40,000 bases of DNA. Source: Geothrix sp. (lineage in GTDB: Bacteria; Acidobacteriota; Holophagae; Holophagales; Holophagaceae). The position numbers and the translations under genes were made by a program. The notes under the pieces were generated by a model. The model saw only the letters and a program-made list of their open reading frames with translations. It did not search any database and was not told the origin of the DNA. Position 1 is the first letter of the stretch. Every line of letters begins with the position of its first letter. This document shows positions 8,611-16,847 of this stretch, one piece after another. The stretch is taken from positions 692,857 through 732,856 of the forward strand of contig NZ_CP126625.1 in NCBI RefSeq assembly GCF_030219325.1, read 5' to 3'.

Positions 8611-9207
8611 CTAGCGGAAGAAGCTGATCGGCTGTTTCGGCATGCGGCGCCGTGAGGCCAGCACCGCCAGGGAGGCGTTCAGGATGAAAACGTAGGCTAC
8701 GAAAGTGGTGCTTTCAAAGGTGTGGGCTTGAATCGACAGAAGGCTCAATCCGAAGCCCAATGCGCTGACAGCATAGGCAATCCAACTCTCGGAGTGGGGA
8801 TGGCGATACGACTTGATGAGGGTCGGTATGCTCGCCAGCACATCGGCCACCAGCGAAAGCAGCAAAGCCAGATTGGGTTTGCTGGTCATGGCCCAGAGGA
8901 TGATGCCGATGATGGCCGCTGCCATCAGGTAGTAGTCGCGGGGCTCGCTTTTCCAATAGGCCTTCTTGTTGAAGAAGGATGCAGCGAAGATAAGCAGCGG
9001 CATAAAGCCGGCGGCGAACGATGCCCACGATATGCCCTGGACGCCTTGCGCCCTTTGGGCCGCAAAGATGACCAAGGGGAAGATGCCCCAGAGCAGCCAT
9101 GTGATGCGGTTGGGCTGTGCCCTGCCGAGGAGGGTTTCGTACAAGTAATAGAAGCCGCCGAGCGAGCCGAGAATGGCACCAGCAATCGCGCAATGGTCGG
9201 GAAGCAT
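8611..9207 (-). CDS. Cassette ORF: polytopic membrane protein (198 aa, about 6 TM)
   Basis: Lies between the degenerate attC 9214-9337 and the remnant 8449-8506. Hydrophobic helices run throughout. Confidence 0.6.
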   Translation of the reverse strand: MLPDHCAIAGAILGSLGGFYYLYETLLGRAQPNRITWLLWGIFPLVIFAAQRAQGVQGISWASFAAGFMPLLIFAASFFNKKAYWKSEPRDYYLMAAAIIGIILWAMTSKPNLALLLSLVADVLASIPTLIKSYRHPHSESWIAYAVSALGFGLSLLSIQAHTFESTTFVAYVFILNASLAVLASRRRMPKQPISFFR

Positions 9208-9213
9208 GGACCG

Positions 9214-9337
9214 GCCTGACGGATGGGGCTGACTGGGCCCACCCGCACCGGGAAGACGCGCGAAGCCCAGACAGGGGGAAGTTGAGAGAGAGCGGAAGGC
9301 AAGGCCGGTGGAGTCTGAGTTGAGCGCAGGGTTAGGC
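9214..9337 (-). repeat. attC site (degenerate, GCCTGAC...GTTAGGC)
   Basis: 124 bp. Keeps the GAGAGAGAGCGGAAGGCA centre and GTTAGGC core, but the arms are diverged. Confidence 0.7.
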
Positions 9338-9369
9338 CTGTGTGGAGGTGTATTGAAAAGCCTTGGTCA

Positions 9370-9738
9370 TCAGGAAATTCTTGGGAGCTTATTGCTTTTA
9401 ATGATTGCGTAACCAATTGTTCCGTATACCGAGCCTTTTTTGGCCCCCTGCCAGTAAACAGCAATTTGTATGGTGTAGTCGAATCGATCGCCGCTTTCCG
9501 TGCCGATTATCCATGACTCGAACGAACCAAGGTCGTTCTCTTGCTTCTCAATGATTGTTGCCTGATAGACCAAGTTCATTCGGTTACTTGGATATTTATG
9601 ATCGTGAAATTTCTTGATGAATTGGTAGGCATCCTCCTTGTGGGCAGCCAGAGTTTGCACTCTCCCACGCGGTGCGAGCCAGGGTGGCTGACATGCCAAT
9701 AGCAGCAATAGAAGGATCGAACCTATGATTTTCATCAT
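9370..9738 (-). CDS. Cassette ORF: secreted/lipoprotein-like protein (122 aa)
   Basis: N-terminal MMKIIGSILLLLLLACQ signal/lipobox. Bounded by attC sites. Confidence 0.65.
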   Translation of the reverse strand: MMKIIGSILLLLLLACQPPWLAPRGRVQTLAAHKEDAYQFIKKFHDHKYPSNRMNLVYQATIIEKQENDLGSFESWIIGTESGDRFDYTIQIAVYWQGAKKGSVYGTIGYAIIKSNKLPRIS

Positions 9739-9771
9739 TGCACCTATGATTGCTCTGGAGTGGGCCTAGGA

Positions 9772-9895
9772 GCCTAACGAATGAAGCTCACCGGCACCGC
9801 CTGCGCCGAAGCGCTGAGCGGAGACGGGAAAGCGGGAAGTTGAGAGAGAGCGGAAGGCAATGCAGGCGGGGTCCGAGTTGAGCGGGAGGTTAGGC
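9772..9895 (-). repeat. attC site (hybrid arms CAC/GTT)
   Basis: 124 bp, GCCTAAC...GTTAGGC. Confidence 0.9.
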
Positions 9896-10270
9896 CTCTG
9901 CTATTGCGGCGATTGAGATTTTGAGACCAGGAATTTTCACTGGCAACTTTGCCCCCTGACGAGCAGGTGGGTTGGAGGGGAACCAACGAAGCCATTCTTC
10001 ATTCATACCTGGGAAGTCTTCCTCGTCTGCGAGGACCACGGTAGCGCTTACGATTTTGTCCAGTGAGCTGCCGGCTTCTTCAAGGATTTCAGCGATGTTG
10101 GTTAGGCACTGGGACGTTTGCTCCTGGATAGTTGCGCCCTGGATTTGGCCAGTGACCGGATCAATAGGAGCGGTGCCCGAAACAAAAATCAGCCCTGCCG
10201 CCTTCACAGCCTGGCTGTAGGTCGCTGGAGGCCTAGCTGCTTTTGGGGTGAAGACAATTTGACGAGGCAT
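9890..10270 (-). CDS. Cassette ORF: RidA/YjgF/L-PSP family protein
   Basis: PPATYSQAVKAAGLIFVSGTAPIDPVTGQ...SLDKIVSATVVLAD...ARQGAKLPV matches the RidA family. The TAA stop lies inside the attC core 9889-9895. ATG 10270 is preferred over 10309. Confidence 0.8.
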   Translation of the reverse strand: MPRQIVFTPKAARPPATYSQAVKAAGLIFVSGTAPIDPVTGQIQGATIQEQTSQCLTNIAEILEEAGSSLDKIVSATVVLADEEDFPGMNEEWLRWFPSNPPARQGAKLPVKIPGLKISIAAIAEA

Positions 10271-10321
10271 GTCAGCTCCTACGGATGAATCACAAGGAAA
10301 CTGGACCAATCTTGGGAAGAG

Positions 10322-10445
10322 GCCTAACGAATGAAGCTAAGCGGCCACGCCTGCACCGAGGCGATGAGCGGAGCCGAGATAGCAAAATGCTGAGAGAGAG
10401 CGGAAGGCAGAGCAGGCGGGGTCCGACTTGAGCGGAGGGTTAGGC
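10322..10445 (-). repeat. attC site (subtype A, arm triplet AAG/CTT)
   Basis: 124 bp, GCCTAAC...GTTAGGC. Confidence 0.9.
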
Positions 10446-10492
10446 GTTTCGGAACTGTCGATCAGGGCTGGAAGGGGGCATTACTAGCGCAT

Positions 10493-10723
10493 TCATGAGT
10501 GAATGATCTTTCGGAAGTCGATGAGGGCATAGGCAATCATGAAGGCGGAAATCACGAAGACCGAGATCAATTCGAACCAAAACCACAAAGGACGATCTTC
10601 CTTAGAAGTCCAGCCGTATATGTTGTCCCAGACCCGCCCAAGTTTCAGCCAGTAGACACCGACACAGAGCACGACTGCGCCAGCGAACAGGCTAGCCAGG
10701 GCCTTCATTGTCGGGATGCTCAT
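10493..10723 (-). CDS. Cassette ORF: small membrane protein (76 aa, 2 TM)
   Basis: Two hydrophobic helices; fills the cassette between attC sites. Confidence 0.55.
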   Translation of the reverse strand: MSIPTMKALASLFAGAVVLCVGVYWLKLGRVWDNIYGWTSKEDRPLWFWFELISVFVISAFMIAYALIDFRKIIHS

Positions 10724-10728
10724 GAAAC

Positions 10729-10852
10729 GCCTAACGAATGAAGCTCACCGGCCCCGCCTGCACCGAGACGCTGAACGAAGCCGAGGAAGCGAGAAGCTGA
10801 GAGAGAAGGGAAGACAATGCAGGCGGGGCCCGAGTGCAGCACAGGGTTAGGC
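10729..10852 (-). repeat. attC site (subtype B, CAC/GTG)
   Basis: 124 bp, GCCTAAC...GTTAGGC. Confidence 0.9.
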
Positions 10853-10866
10853 CGATGGTTTGCCTA

Positions 10867-11133
10867 TTAACCCTGCTTGAAAAGGTCAACATGAGAGTCT
10901 AGAGCCCCTTGAAGGCCCCAATACGAAGCGATCAATGGTGTACAGAATGAAGATAAGTAATGAATCCAGCGTAGGACGGGAGATCCTGGGGAGTAGTGTT
11001 CAATCAAATAAACGGGAGCCCCAAACAGAAGGCTTACCACAAACCCTGAGACAACTGTTCGCCATAGAAACGACCACCAAATTGTCGCTATAAAGCGTGG
11101 ATGGAATCGCTTTTGCGGGAAGAGCTCAGCCAT
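10867..11133 (-). CDS. Cassette ORF: small membrane protein (88 aa)
   Basis: Hydrophobic helices (IATIWWSFLWRTVVSGFVVSLLFGAPVYLI). Only sizeable ORF in the cassette. Confidence 0.55.
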   Translation of the reverse strand: MAELFPQKRFHPRFIATIWWSFLWRTVVSGFVVSLLFGAPVYLIEHYSPGSPVLRWIHYLSSFCTPLIASYWGLQGALDSHVDLFKQG

Positions 11134-11154
11134 GGGTGTTCCCTTTGGGTAGAG

Positions 11155-11278
11155 GCCTAACGAAGGAAGCTAAGCGGCCACGCCTGCACCGAGACGATGA
11201 GCGGAACCGAGATAGCGAAATGCTGAGAGAGAGCGGAAGGCAATGCAGGCGGGGTCCGACTTGAGCGGAGGGTTAGGC
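11155..11278 (-). repeat. attC site (subtype A)
   Basis: 124 bp, GCCTAAC...GTTAGGC. Confidence 0.9.
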
Positions 11279-11288
11279 AAGCCATGAA

Positions 11289-11735
11289 TCAATGCTTGAG
11301 GTTTATTGGACGGAACAACACAATGACAGCTTTGGATCGCCAACCACGGGTTAGATAACTAGTGCCAACTTGGACTGCTTGGCCATTTGTACTGGCAATG
11401 TTCCAGTCTTGGCTGCCCCCGGCAGAAATCGAGTAATCGATCATTTTCGGAGTATTGGGTATCTGGAATGACATCTTTGTCCTAATGTCGAGCCGGAATT
11501 TCGGTGATGAGAACGACACGCTGCATTTCTCGAGTGATTCGAGCCATCCGTGTACTTCGCTGAGGTCTTCGAGTTCAGAGGAAGGCAAAGCATTCAAGCC
11601 GTCTTCGGACTTCGCTGAAACAGGAAGTCGTTCTGATTTGATTACGAAGTATTCGAATGCAAGCTGATCTGCCCAGGCCGATGAAGAGGCCATGAGTATG
11701 AGCGCAAGGAGGACTGAACGAGGTGATCTGCTCAT
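11289..11735 (-). CDS. Cassette ORF: secreted protein (148 aa)
   Basis: Start ATG 11735 (MSRSPRSVLLALILMASSSAWA signal peptide). The longer ORF to 11804 runs into the attC. Confidence 0.6.
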   Translation of the reverse strand: MSRSPRSVLLALILMASSSAWADQLAFEYFVIKSERLPVSAKSEDGLNALPSSELEDLSEVHGWLESLEKCSVSFSSPKFRLDIRTKMSFQIPNTPKMIDYSISAGGSQDWNIASTNGQAVQVGTSYLTRGWRSKAVIVLFRPINLKH

Positions 11736-11740
11736 TGGTT

Positions 11741-11864
11741 GCCTAACGAATGAAGCTAAGCGGCCACGCCTGCGCCGAGGCGATGAACGAAGCCGAGGTA
11801 GCAAAAGGTTGAGAGAGAGCGGAAGGCAATGCAGGCGGGGTCCGACTTGAGCGGAGGGTTAGGC
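11741..11864 (-). repeat. attC site (subtype A)
   Basis: 124 bp, GCCTAAC...GTTAGGC. Confidence 0.9.
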
Positions 11865-11867
11865 CGA

Positions 11868-12293
11868 TCACAGAGGAGTAGCGGTAGATGAAAGCCTAGT
11901 GAAAGAGGAGACACGACAGAAAATTATTGCCACGACCAGCACTGGTGCCAAACCAATGAACATGACACCGACCGATAACGGCGTGATGAGTGCAATCCAG
12001 ACCAGTACGGATCCAATCACGGTGCTCAGTGAGCGGCGAAAATGGCGCCCTGAGATTCCAAAATGCACGATGGGGCCGACCACTAGACCAATGACCATTG
12101 CCACAGGACACAGAACCGTAAGGACAAACGGATTCGTCAGTGGCTCCAGAAATGGCCCTTTTCGAGCAGCGTCAGTTGCGGGCAGTGAGAACCAGACCAT
12201 CACGACGAAGAAAACAGCTGCAACGAAACTGAAGCCCACGGCGAAAAACATCGTGGCTGGAAGTGGGAGAGGGTTCTCGTCTGGATGGCGCAT
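11868..12293 (-). CDS. Cassette ORF: membrane protein (141 aa, about 4 TM); start uncertain
   Basis: Four hydrophobic helices. ATG 12293 is only 3 nt from the attC core. Confidence 0.6.
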   Translation of the reverse strand: MRHPDENPLPLPATMFFAVGFSFVAAVFFVVMVWFSLPATDAARKGPFLEPLTNPFVLTVLCPVAMVIGLVVGPIVHFGISGRHFRRSLSTVIGSVLVWIALITPLSVGVMFIGLAPVLVVAIIFCRVSSFTRLSSTATPL

Positions 12294-12296
12294 GAG

Positions 12297-12420
12297 GCCT
12301 AACGAATGAAGCTAAGCGGCCACGCCTGCACCGAGGCGCTGAGCGGAGCCGAGATAGCGGAATGCTGAGAGAGAGCAGAAGGCAATGCAGGCGGGGTCCG
12401 ACTTGAGCGGAGGGTTAGGC
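12297..12420 (-). repeat. attC site (subtype A)
   Basis: 124 bp, GCCTAAC...GTTAGGC. Confidence 0.9.
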
Positions 12421-12432
12421 AGCGGCGAAGAC

Positions 12433-12831
12433 TCATGGTTCCGGGATTGCCGGGATTGAATTTCTAAACCAAATAAGGGCCTTAGCGAATGTGTACGGTT
12501 TCTCACTGATTACAATTTGTTGGAATTCGCCTTTGGTCCTCAGAATCGATTCGGAGGTAAGTTTATGGCTTGCCAGATCGCGGTTTAAATGAAAGTAAGC
12601 TACCGCTTCCTTCCCATCCTTATCGTATTGAATTTCAAAGATGTATTCCAAGTCAGCAGATCTGAAAAGACTAATCCCGACGTGATCACATGAACTCACT
12701 TCAGACAAGGTCATTCTGAAAGCCCTAGCCCAGATTTGTAAGTCAGGGGTTATAGGCTCGGGAGGCGTAATTCCATGGAGGGAAAGGCAACAAAATAGGA
12801 ATGAAAATGCAATACATCTAGGTGTTCGCAT
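12433..12831 (-). CDS. Cassette ORF: secreted protein (132 aa)
   Basis: Signal peptide MRTPRCIAFSFLFCCLSLHG. AT-rich codon usage. Confidence 0.6.
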   Translation of the reverse strand: MRTPRCIAFSFLFCCLSLHGITPPEPITPDLQIWARAFRMTLSEVSSCDHVGISLFRSADLEYIFEIQYDKDGKEAVAYFHLNRDLASHKLTSESILRTKGEFQQIVISEKPYTFAKALIWFRNSIPAIPEP

Positions 12832-12862
12832 CCATCCGTCCTTTCATGTGCGATAGTGCGCT

Positions 12863-12985
12863 GCCTAACGAACAAGGCTAACCGGACCGCCTGCGCCTGG
12901 GCGCGGAACGGAGCCGGGAAAGCCAGAGGATGAGAGAGAGCGGAGGACATGGCAGGCGGGGTCCGAGTTGAGCCGAGGGTTAGGG
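12863..12985 (-). repeat. attC site (subtype C, AAC/GTT; core GTTAGGG)
   Basis: 123 bp, GCCTAAC...GTTAGGG. Confidence 0.85.
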
Positions 12986-13099
12986 CGATGTTGGATAGAA
13001 TTCGCCATCATCTCCTCGGACCCTGGCTCGAATGGGGCGGTGGAAACGAGGATAAGGGCAGGGAGATGAAGTCGCATCGAGAGCCCTTACGAGAGAAGT

Positions 13100-13858
13100 T
13101 CAGGGGACTAGATGGACGGTGAAATCCACATGGAGATCATTGTTCATCCAGGGGTCAAGGGCCATGGCCCTAACGGTGATTTCTCGCGGACCATCAAGGA
13201 TAGCTGGGGCAGTGTAAGAAAAGGCCCAATGGGTGCCATCCAATTCGGAAATGAGGACTGTCCCTAATGGGCTGGAAGTCACTTGGGCCGGAATGAGTTC
13301 AAACCACTGCTGAAGGTCTAGGGGGCGAGGATTCAAAGTTACGACAAATTTGGCATTTTCTCCGGGGTGCAGTGTGGCAATGTTTGGAGTGCCACCGTTT
13401 TCAACGGCCAGTGCCTCATACAGCATTGGCGTTGTCTTTTGCTCGACATGAATGGGTATGTTCTGGCTACGCTCCCACAGGTGACTGATGGGGCTTTTCA
13501 CCTCGATGCTGAATTGGACGGTAAGGCCCCCCGTTGGCACCTGGGAGGGCGGAACGTACCAGCCATAGATCGGTAGGAAGTCGCCGCCGAGGTCCACGGG
13601 CTTTCGTTCGATGTCTAGAAGAGTGCCAGGTCCTTCCAGGTGCCAACGGACACCTTCCGACCCCGAAGGGCTCACGCTGAATGCGATAGGAGTCCCATAG
13701 GATCCTTCAGTTGTTGATGTTCCGCCATCCCATCTAAATGAAAGGGTGTTCTCCCCAGAAGGACTCTGAGGGGCGGCATCGCCTGGTGGGAGGCAGGCGA
13801 GGAGAATGGGCAACATAATTACTGGAGAAACCCACATTAGCCTTCGTGATACCTTCAT
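13100..13858 (-). CDS. Cassette ORF: secreted beta-rich protein (252 aa)
   Basis: Signal peptide (MKVSRRLMWVSPVIMLPILLACLPPG). Second ORF of a two-ORF cassette. Confidence 0.65.
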   Translation of the reverse strand: MKVSRRLMWVSPVIMLPILLACLPPGDAAPQSPSGENTLSFRWDGGTSTTEGSYGTPIAFSVSPSGSEGVRWHLEGPGTLLDIERKPVDLGGDFLPIYGWYVPPSQVPTGGLTVQFSIEVKSPISHLWERSQNIPIHVEQKTTPMLYEALAVENGGTPNIATLHPGENAKFVVTLNPRPLDLQQWFELIPAQVTSSPLGTVLISELDGTHWAFSYTAPAILDGPREITVRAMALDPWMNNDLHVDFTVHLVP

Positions 13859-13878
13859 GGCTTCACCGTTACGCCGGG

Positions 13879-13885
13879 GTTAGGC
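13879..13885 (-). repeat. Solo attC core (GTTAGGC) scar between two ORFs
   Basis: An isolated GTTAGGC in the 34-bp spacer between ORFs 13893-14120 and 13100-13858. No attC arms or centre are present. Confidence 0.35.
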
Positions 13886-13892
13886 GCATCTG

Positions 13893-14120
13893 TCATAACC
13901 CCTTGAGGCCCTTGATTAAACCAGGGATTGCGAACCACAATCCAAAACAGGAACCCATGGTGGTAATGAGAATGAAAAGGATGAATTTGTATGGATCTTC
14001 CTTTCGTCTGATTGGATCGCCAATTCGAGATACGAAAATTCCAGAGCGCATCGAGGTAAAACTGAATGCCAATCCAAATACGGCGAAGACGGCCATCAAC
14101 GCTTCGTGGATATGGTTCAT
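13893..14120 (-). CDS. Cassette ORF: small membrane protein (75 aa, 2 TM)
   Basis: Two hydrophobic helices. First ORF of the two-ORF cassette. Confidence 0.5.
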   Translation of the reverse strand: MNHIHEALMAVFAVFGLAFSFTSMRSGIFVSRIGDPIRRKEDPYKFILFILITTMGSCFGLWFAIPGLIKGLKGL

Positions 14121-14125
14121 GTGCG

Positions 14126-14249
14126 GCCTAACGAAAGAAGCTAAGCGGCCACGCCTGCACCGAGGCGATGAGCGGAGCCGAGATAGCGAGCTGCTGAGAG
14201 AGAACGGAAGGCAATGCAGGCGGGGTCCGACTTGAGCGAGGGGTTAGGC
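14126..14249 (-). repeat. attC site (subtype A)
   Basis: 124 bp, GCCTAAC...GTTAGGC. Confidence 0.9.
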
Positions 14250-14259
14250 CGTTAGAAGT

Positions 14260-14724
14260 TCAAAATTTAAACTCTCGGTTGTCGAATTTGAATTCGCGTT
14301 CACGAATTTTCATATCCATCACGAATGCGCGAAATAATGCCCAATAGTGGCTATCGCGATTAATGTTAGTCCAAAAATATTTGCACTCCCAACATCGCAG
14401 TGCGTAGTAACCAAACATGTAATGAGCCAACTGTTTGCGAATTAAACCGGAATTGACAAATAATGCAATTTCTTCAAAAAAACCAAGTAAATCTCGTTTT
14501 GATTTAAACTCCATTTCAGCAAGCTTCGGATCATTCATGTCAATTAAAGAACATAGTTCAAGAAATTCTTCATTCTCTTTGAAACGTTTTCGCAAGGCGA
14601 TAAAGTGTTCAGCACGTTTTTGGGCCCCTTGTATTGTGTATTCAGCCACAGCCTTAACAAGAGTACCAAGGGCTATGATTGTTCCACCAATCGTGGCGAT
14701 ATCCTTCCAGGTATCAAGCGCCAT
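14260..14724 (-). CDS. Cassette ORF: N-terminally anchored helical protein (154 aa)
   Basis: One N-terminal TM helix (IATIGGTIIALGTLVKAV) plus a helical domain. Most AT-rich cassette in the window. Loose resemblance to the DUF4760 architecture (low confidence). Confidence 0.6.
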   Translation of the reverse strand: MALDTWKDIATIGGTIIALGTLVKAVAEYTIQGAQKRAEHFIALRKRFKENEEFLELCSLIDMNDPKLAEMEFKSKRDLLGFFEEIALFVNSGLIRKQLAHYMFGYYALRCWECKYFWTNINRDSHYWALFRAFVMDMKIREREFKFDNREFKF

Positions 14725-14744
14725 AGTGAACTCCTAATGGAACG

Positions 14745-14868
14745 GCCTAACGGAATGAGGTAACCGGCCCCGCCTGCACCGAGGCGATGAGCGGAGCCGA
14801 GGAAGGGGGAAGCTGAGAGAGAGCGGAAGGCAATGCAGGCGGGGTCCGAGTTGAGCGGAAGGTTAGGC
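14745..14868 (-). repeat. attC site (subtype C)
   Basis: 124 bp, GCCTAAC...GTTAGGC. Confidence 0.9.
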
Positions 14869-14922
14869 GTGGGAGGTGCCTTAATTTGTGGACTATTGTG
14901 ATTCACGAATCAGCGGTATGAC

Positions 14923-15156
14923 TCAACTAGTTCCCGACCATTCGCTTGTACAAAGCAAAGCACTTGGTATTTCCGCTATGGCTTCCTGTGGGCCTTCCAC
15001 ATCCCAGATGTGCTCGTAGCCACCTGTTGAATAGTCAGCTACCACCACAGTGGTACCCCATTTGGCCAACCAGGCCATGACCCACTTGTAGTCAGGTGGG
15101 TCTGCTTCATTGGGGGCCATTACCAAAATGGTGGCTCGGCGTAGGGTTGGGAACAT
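14923..15156 (-). CDS. Cassette ORF: small cytoplasmic protein (77 aa)
   Basis: Only ORF of reasonable size in the cassette; no family recognised. Confidence 0.45.
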   Translation of the reverse strand: MFPTLRRATILVMAPNEADPPDYKWVMAWLAKWGTTVVVADYSTGGYEHIWDVEGPQEAIAEIPSALLCTSEWSGTS

Positions 15157-15167
15157 GTTGATTTGAC

Positions 15168-15291
15168 GCCTAACGAAAGAAGCTCACCGGCCCCGCCTGA
15201 ACCGAGGCGCTGAACGAAGCCGGGGAAACGAGAAGTTGAGAGAGAGCGAGAGGCAATGCAGGCGGGGTCCGAGTGGAGCGGAGGGTTAGGG
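15168..15291 (-). repeat. attC site (subtype B; core GTTAGGG)
   Basis: 124 bp, GCCTAAC...GTTAGGG. Confidence 0.9.
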
Positions 15292-15687
15292 CGCTATATC
15301 GTGTGTGAGCCCAATAAAGTTCCAACCATCAGATAACGTGATAGATTCACGACCCTTTGAATCTGCCACACCGGACCATAGCTTTTTCTCGTATGAGCCG
15401 CTGAAGGGTGCATTGACGAAGTAATCAGAGTCGATAATGGAAAACTTGGCATCTACATGTTTGCCGGAGATAGTGCCCACCACTTTGTATTCCACCCCGT
15501 CGGAACTGATCATTGTTGTGCTAAGGCGCCCATTTTTGATTGTCACCTTGGCTTTGCCTTGTTTTATGTTGTAGGTGTTGGCATTGGATGAAACCCAAAC
15601 GAAGGCCCAATCCTTTTCTCCTGCGAAACCCAGCGTGCAGAGTGCAAGGAAAAGGAGCGTGGTGCGGAATCTGAATGGCTTAGTCAT
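15286..15687 (-). CDS. Cassette ORF: secreted protein (133 aa)
   Basis: Signal peptide (TTLLFLALCTLGFAGE). TAA stop lies inside the attC core 15285-15291. Confidence 0.6.
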   Translation of the reverse strand: MTKPFRFRTTLLFLALCTLGFAGEKDWAFVWVSSNANTYNIKQGKAKVTIKNGRLSTTMISSDGVEYKVVGTISGKHVDAKFSIIDSDYFVNAPFSGSYEKKLWSGVADSKGRESITLSDGWNFIGLTHDIAP

Positions 15688-15693
15688 GCGGGA

Positions 15694-15820
15694 GCCCTAA
15701 CGAAAGAAGCTAACCGGATCCCGCCGCGGCTGAAACGCTCGGTGGAGCGGCTAGATGGAATTACCAGGGAGAAGGACCCGGCCGCTTGCGGCGGGGTCCG
15801 GGTTGAGCGGAAGGTTAGGC
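15694..15820 (-). repeat. attC site, divergent type
   Basis: GCCCTAAC...GTTAGGC, 127 bp. Arms are related (GCTAACCGG / CCGGGTTGAGC), but the central 60 bp or so is unrelated to the other 20 copies. Confidence 0.75.
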
Positions 15821-16144
15821 AGGGCGTAGCGTTGGATTGAGCGTGGAAACGAGCAACTGAGGCATTGGTAGCTTGCGTAGGGACGAAGCATACCGCCAGG
15901 TGGTGTTGGGCTGAAGGAGAATGCCCTTGGAGTGGCCGAACCGTATTGAAAATGCCGCTGAACGGGATTCGGGGTGCCCACCCCGGCAGGACTGAACCAG
16001 AGCCGCTGGGCGGAGCAGACGATGGATGGTGTTTTGCGGCGCGCCAGAATGAGCGACTGCGTTGAGAAGAAACCTTACGGGGCGATCAAAGAGCCGAGAG
16101 GCGGAATTCAAAGCGAAACCGTTTGAGAGGAGGCCACGGCAGAG

Positions 16145-16268
16145 GCCTAACGGATGAAGCTAAGCGGCCACGCCTGCACCGAGACGATGAGCGGAGCCGG
16201 GATAGCGAAATGCTGAGAGAGAGCGGAAGGCAATGCAGGCGGGGTCCGACTTGAGCGGAGGGTTAGGT
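16145..16268 (-). repeat. attC site (subtype A; core GTTAGGT)
   Basis: 124 bp, GCCTAAC...GTTAGGT. Confidence 0.9.
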
Positions 16269-16288
16269 GGCCCACGCGCAGACTACAA

Positions 16289-16687
16289 CTAGGGAGTCAT
16301 AGAACACTGGAGCGAATCTAATACGAGCAACTCGTTTTGGACCGTGAACCTGAACGTGCAGTTTGAAATATCTTCGTCGTTTGATCGAGTGATTTTGAGT
16401 TCACAGTGCTTAATGCCATTGGTGATCGTGGTTTGCCCAACAATTCGATTCTGACCTACGCCAAAGTAGGCTAGATGCACGCTGAGAATATCTAGGATTT
16501 TGGCAGACCCTTTCTGACCGAAATTACCGCAACAATGGGAACCAGGTGGGAGAGCCGAATTCGAGGCGGCTAGGAGATATCGAAGGACAGCTTGCGTTTC
16601 CTTTGGATTTGATTCATCGGCCTTCGGACGCGCCGTTAGAAAAGAGCAGCAAAGGGTCAAGGCCGGAATCAGGTATTGAACCCTCAT
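16289..16687 (-). CDS. Cassette ORF: secreted protein (132 aa)
   Basis: Signal peptide MRVQYLIPALTLCCSFLTA. Confidence 0.6.
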   Translation of the reverse strand: MRVQYLIPALTLCCSFLTARPKADESNPKETQAVLRYLLAASNSALPPGSHCCGNFGQKGSAKILDILSVHLAYFGVGQNRIVGQTTITNGIKHCELKITRSNDEDISNCTFRFTVQNELLVLDSLQCSMTP

Positions 16688-16710
16688 TTGTAGACTCCTA
16701 TTGGCGGGCC

Positions 16711-16834
16711 ACCTAACGGATGTGGCTAACCGGTCCCGCCTGCGCCGGGGCGCTGAGCGGAGCCGGGGAAGCGAGATGCTGAGAGAGAGCGGGGGCCAAT
16801 GCAGGCGGGGTCCGGGTTGAGCAGAGGGTTAGGC
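16711..16834 (-). repeat. attC site (subtype C; ACCTAAC)
   Basis: 124 bp, ACCTAAC...GTTAGGC. Confidence 0.9.
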
Positions 16835-16847
16835 AGCCAGTCGAGAT

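Noticed and set aside
12312-12506. Recurrent small ORFs lying inside attC sites (also 9774-9995, 14673-14906, 17241-17429, 20134-20328, 20729-20980) with repeated peptides such as SDPACIAFRSLSA
   Set aside because: They are translations of the conserved attC repeat itself. The conservation is explained at DNA level by the recombination-site structure.
15815-16111. 98-aa TTG-start ORF in the otherwise empty cassette
   Set aside because: It has a non-ATG start with no RBS and an Arg/Ser/Pro-rich composition, and it ends only because it runs into the attC TAA. It is kept as a possibility in the findings but not called as a gene.
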